Below are positions 59,518 through 64,000 of a stretch of 64,000 nucleotides of DNA, one piece after another. Every line of letters starts with the position of its first letter. The stretch's first letter is position 1. A model generated the notes under the pieces. It was not told the origin of the DNA, did not search any database, and was given only the letters and a program-made list of their open reading frames with translations. This stretch comes from Takakia lepidozioides (taxonomy: Eukaryota > Plantae > Bryophyta). The position numbers were made by a program, and so were the translations under genes. The stretch lies in NCBI GenBank assembly GCA_030704615.1, contig CM060733.1, positions 35,650,001-35,714,000 on the forward strand, written 5' to 3'.

Positions 59518-59874
59518 AAGTGCGCATAGTCGAGGTGGGGTTACATGCCACGAAACTATACTGTTTCAGCAACGTGACCTTGACATAGCCAGGAAGGCCC
59601 AACCATGTAACCCTGAGAGGCCCATTGCATGTAACCCATAAGTGTAACCCCACGTTGTGAGACCCGGCACGGTGTAACCCATCACTTATGTGTGAACCCA
59701 CAGAGTGTAAGCCCATTGCCCTAGGGCCCAAAGGTGTACCCAAGTACTTGTCTATGACTCCACTTCATGTAACCTTATAAGGTGTAACCCCATGTAAGCC
59801 CATTGCATGAAACCCAAACTGTGAAGTGTTACAAACAAACCACATAGAAGCAAAAATGCATCAAGAGACGCTAT

Positions 59875-62800
59875 TTATTTCTTTGGCCATCTGACCAAGT
59901 CTTTGTCCATATCGTCACACAACCAACTAATCATATGAGTACGGGAAGCTATCATGGTTGACTCGTTGAACCAACTTGCAGTAAACGCCCGTCTATGACG
60001 GGTTCGATCTTCTGTGGTTTTCACATTGAACTTCCACTCCAAGTAAAATTGCACAAAACAAAGTGCATAATAGCTGTACTCCCAACAGCTCCGTTGCTGG
60101 GGGACACTGGCCTCAAACCATTCCATCCTCTCCATGACGTAACTGAAGTCATCAGATCCAGGCATGAAATCAAAGAACGCTATGGCAAAATTTCGCAAAA
60201 TTCCTTCAATGAGTTTGGGTCGGGCAATGGTTTTATGGGAGTCCAAATGTACTATCCGACCTCGGCGCTCTAAAACAGCAACAGTCCAGTGATCACTGCA
60301 ACACAAACAAAGCCGTTACGTCAGAATATGAAAAAAAATCTCCAATAAAACCCATTGTGGTGTAACCCGGTTGTGGTGTAACCCAGTAGTGTAACCCTTT
60401 ATACTGTAACTCTAAACGGTGTTACACAACTAGTCAGCAATCACTAGTGCAACTCAATGTAGAATAGAGGAGTGTAACCCAACATGCTCAGTCAACGCTG
60501 AAATTACTTACTCGAAGACAATAGGGATGACAACCACGTCCACAAGATCTCGATTCTTTATATGAACACCATCCCTCGGGCATCCTGAGTGTACCATTCT
60601 TGCACCAACCCGAATAGCGTCTGCAGATCGTTACCATTGGTACGCATGACATGCCATTGGAAAGGAGCACAAATGACAAACTCAGGTGCGATAGCCTTAA
60701 ACAATTTGGCCTCCAGAAGTTTGTTGTAACCCGAGAGCAATACATCTGTGACAGTTGCTCTTATTTTATACATCGGCTCAAAATCTGTCTCTTCCAAGTA
60801 AAACTGTAACGGGCTAGAAGCCAGGAAGGCATCGCCATAATAAAACTTCACTTCGGGCGCCCTAGGAGGGTCCAACACCATTCTGAACTTTGTCAAGTAC
60901 CGTTGTTTTAGTCTGCACAACAAACCACACATTACGAACATTACGATGTATCATACAAGAGTTATAATCAATATTCAAAATCAGAGAGGATCAAAGTACA
61001 ATGAGGTACCTCGAACGCTCCCGCAAGTGCTTGGCAATGACCTCTTGCTGCTAGACAACGTCAACCTCCGAGACCCCTGCACTTTTGCCTTTCGATTTGG
61101 TTCGCTGTTTTTTGGGCGACAAGAACATGTACTTCTTTGTCAGCGCTAGGGGGTTCAGCCAACCGCTTTCTTTGAGCAGGCGGCCATTTTGACCTCCTGG
61201 GATTCTCTGCAATCCTGACAATGCCGTTGGTAGGGGGAATTTCTGAGCCAGAGGTGCCTTGTTCTGAGTTTGCTGCAAGTGCTAAAGACTGCACTCCCTC
61301 GTCTGAGACGTGCTGGGGAGGTGACTGACCAAGGGCAGAAGTGTCACAGCTCACCTCCTCGGTGCTACCCCTGTCAGTGTCACCCTTCTGTTCAAACCCC
61401 TTGTCAGAGTCATGCTTCTCAGTGTCACCCTTCTCTTCGGCTACCTCCTCAGTGTCATGTTTCTCAGTGTCATGTTTCTCAGTGTCACCCTTCTCTTCCG
61501 CTACCTTCTCAGTGTCACCCTTCTCTTCGGCTACCTCCTCAGTGTCACTCTTCTTAGTGTCACCCTTCTCTTTGGCTACCTCCTCAGTGTCACGCATCTC
61601 ACTGTCACCCTTCTCTCCGGCTACCTTCTCAATGTCACTGGTCTCAGTGTCACCCTTCTCTTTGGCCGCATTATCAGTGTCACTCTTCGCAGTGTCACCC
61701 TTCTCATCGGGTTCCTTCCCAGTGTCACCTTGCGGAGTAACAATCTTATGTGTGTCACCCTTGGTAGTGTCACTCTTCTCAGTGTTACGATGCTCCGCAA
61801 CATCATTCTCTTCGTGACTCTCCACAGTGAAACGCTTCTCAGTGTGACCCTGCTCTGTGTCACCCTTCCAACTGACAACCTCCTCGGTGACACCCTTCCC
61901 CGTGTCACCCATGTCGATGTCATTCTTCTTTCCATCAACCTCCTCAATGCCATCTTTGATTGTGTCGCCCTTCTCCGCAACCTCCAAGACCATGTTGACT
62001 AGCGGAAGAGCGTCATCCGTCGCGACTAGTGGCCGTGGCAAATGAGTGTCACCCTCCACGACTAGTGGTAGTGGAATGTCATCCATGGCAGTGCTACACT
62101 CACGGACATCTGCCATGTGGGTTGGCTGTGGGGTGTCACCCCTATCAGTGTAACCCATGTCAATGGCACTCTCAACGGAAGTTGCAGTGTTCACGGGCAA
62201 TGGTGTGTCACCCACGACAATGTCCCTCACGGTACTGTCAGCCACACCGGTATCCGCAGTGTCACCCTGAGGTGCAGTGTAACACTCCTTCCCTATTGCT
62301 CTTCTCTCCGCAGTGTCACCCTCAGGTGCAGTGTAACCCTCGGTTTCAGGGCCTCCTCCCCTTGTAGTGTCACCCTGCGCATCAATGTGACCCACGAAGG
62401 CTGGGTCATTCTGAGAGAGGTTGACCACATGATCCTGACAAATACTTACATTGCTGCATGGAGGGTTCAACCCAGCATCTCTAGATTCAAAGTCATACAC
62501 AGACTTTGGGTCAAGCGGGTCCCCGATTCTTCGATTAAGATCTCCAAAAGAAATGACTGGGGCTGCGGACAAAGAGGTTCGCACTTGGGTGTTCCACCTT
62601 GATGTATCATCTCCAGTATCAGTATCAGAATTCACGGGCAAATCCCGCGTCAAGTCTGCTAGGTTCACCCATAAGTGCAGCTGGGTTGAGTACAATTCAC
62701 CAACCTGCGACAAAGATACAACGGCAGATCGACTTGGAATGATGTCCTCGTCATGTACATCGTCGCTCTGCGGGGCGGAAATTGGCCCATCGCTTGTCTG

Positions 62801-64000
62801 TGCGCCCCCTGCGCCCCCTGTATCGCATTGTGGAGGGGCCCCATACACAACTTCGTGAAGCTCACGTTGAGCCTCAAAAAGGTTTTTGAACGCATTGGCG
62901 ACTTGATTGGTCATGAGCTCGGACTCATCTGCATCGGGGAAAAGACAAAGGTTTTTAGTCGTGGAACGAGGTTTTCGAAAGTGCAAGGGTTACACTATGT
63001 AAGGGTTACACTGACTAGGACAAGACAGTGGTTCGGATTACACGATGTGGGTTACACCACCCTGTTAGAAACAGTAGTTTGCAATGGGTTACACTACCTG
63101 GGTTACACTACTGAGATTACACAACGAGAGGGTAACAAATCTAGGATAACACAGCGAGGTGTACCATTAGGGGTACACTGATTACAGGGTTACATACTCC
63201 GAGGGTTACACTGATTACAGGGTTACACACAGCAAGGGTTACACTGAGTACAGGGTTCCACATAGCGAGGGTTACACTGATTACAAGATTACACACAAAG
63301 GGGTTACACGACGAGAGGGGTGACAGTGGATGGAGTAACACTTACAGAGATACCAAGGCACTACAAACCCAAGGTCTCTCATATACTGGATGCCCAAACG
63401 CGCATTGAAGTCCATTTCTGTTGGTGATTCGCTGAAGAGGCCACAACACCAAAGCTGGATAAACGATTCTTTCTGTTGGATCGCAAAGTGATGGGCGGCG
63501 CGACGACGGTTTGCCTTGCAAAACTATATAGCTCCGTTGATCTTAATTGACCGGTCATCCCACTCTTCTGTACTCAAACTCGATCTTAAGTCCTCGAGCT
63601 CAGAATCAAGGTCGCAATTCCGTCACCAGGTTATGCAAAGTACATCAGACTAAAGCCGTAATACTCATCGACCAGGTCCTTCACCTTTGAGGCTGTAAGA
63701 GCACTTTCCAGAAGTTCAGCCGTGAACCCCAACCTGGGATGCATTTGGGAAACTGACCTACCATGATTTCTTACATCGTTGTGGGCTAGAATTCTCAAAA
63801 GGAGTGGTGGCGGTCCAATGTGCGGTTTGGTGAGATTCTCCATGTGATTGATCAATCCTTCGGCAAAACCACGAGTGAATTCCAACGGATCTGGAACAAC
63901 CAAACCTTTGATTCCATCTACAGTAATTGTGATGACAAGAGGATTTGAAGTTCTGGCATCGTCAAGGTCGGTATTGCCAACAACTGGTTCGTCCATCATG
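59875..64000 (-). pseudogene. MULE-associated Ulp1/C48 SUMO-protease-like gene, multi-exon, with acidic KGDT-repeat linker; 5' end outside window
   Basis: SDHWTVAVL..HLDS..VPQQRSCWEYSYY (His, Asp, Gln present; expected Cys reads Tyr); coding blocks ~59875-60297, 60509-60911, 61009-62986, 63343-64000. Confidence 0.78.

Overview
Eukaryotic, transposon-dense window. Spliceosomal introns, Tcn1/sushi-like chromoviruses, tRNA-iMet-primed gypsy elements and Harbinger/MULE/pogo transposons suggest a non-seed land plant such as a bryophyte (inference). Bases 1-30633 are a nest resolvable by target-site duplications: chromovirus A1 (+, sitting in a LINE) contains a second copy A2 (-), which contains a split solo LTR of family B, which contains an LTR-less gypsy fragment C, which contains an 11.8-kb TIR DNA transposon (8362-20154, TSD AACAAAAA). 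The main finding is that transposon's cargo. Divergent from a DDE/SWIM transposase lies a 10-exon, ~1100-aa gene joining an N-terminal ParB/Srx-like domain (DGNHR) to a C-terminal prokaryote-type beta-class N4C/N6A DNA methyltransferase domain; its first intron carries an array of CGCCGGCG-centred palindromes. This copy has two lesions and a non-canonical catalytic motif (DCPT), so activity is unproven. The rest holds LINE relics, a gag-only LTR element, a Harbinger, MITEs, a 5S/tRNA SINE-like piece, two stacked TIR elements (one with a pogo-type transposase), one apparently intact host gene (GH30 endo-beta-1,6-galactanase-like, 6 exons) and a Ulp1-carrying MULE saturated with a GTAACCC/GTCACCC motif. 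All domain calls come from motif recognition by eye, not database searches.
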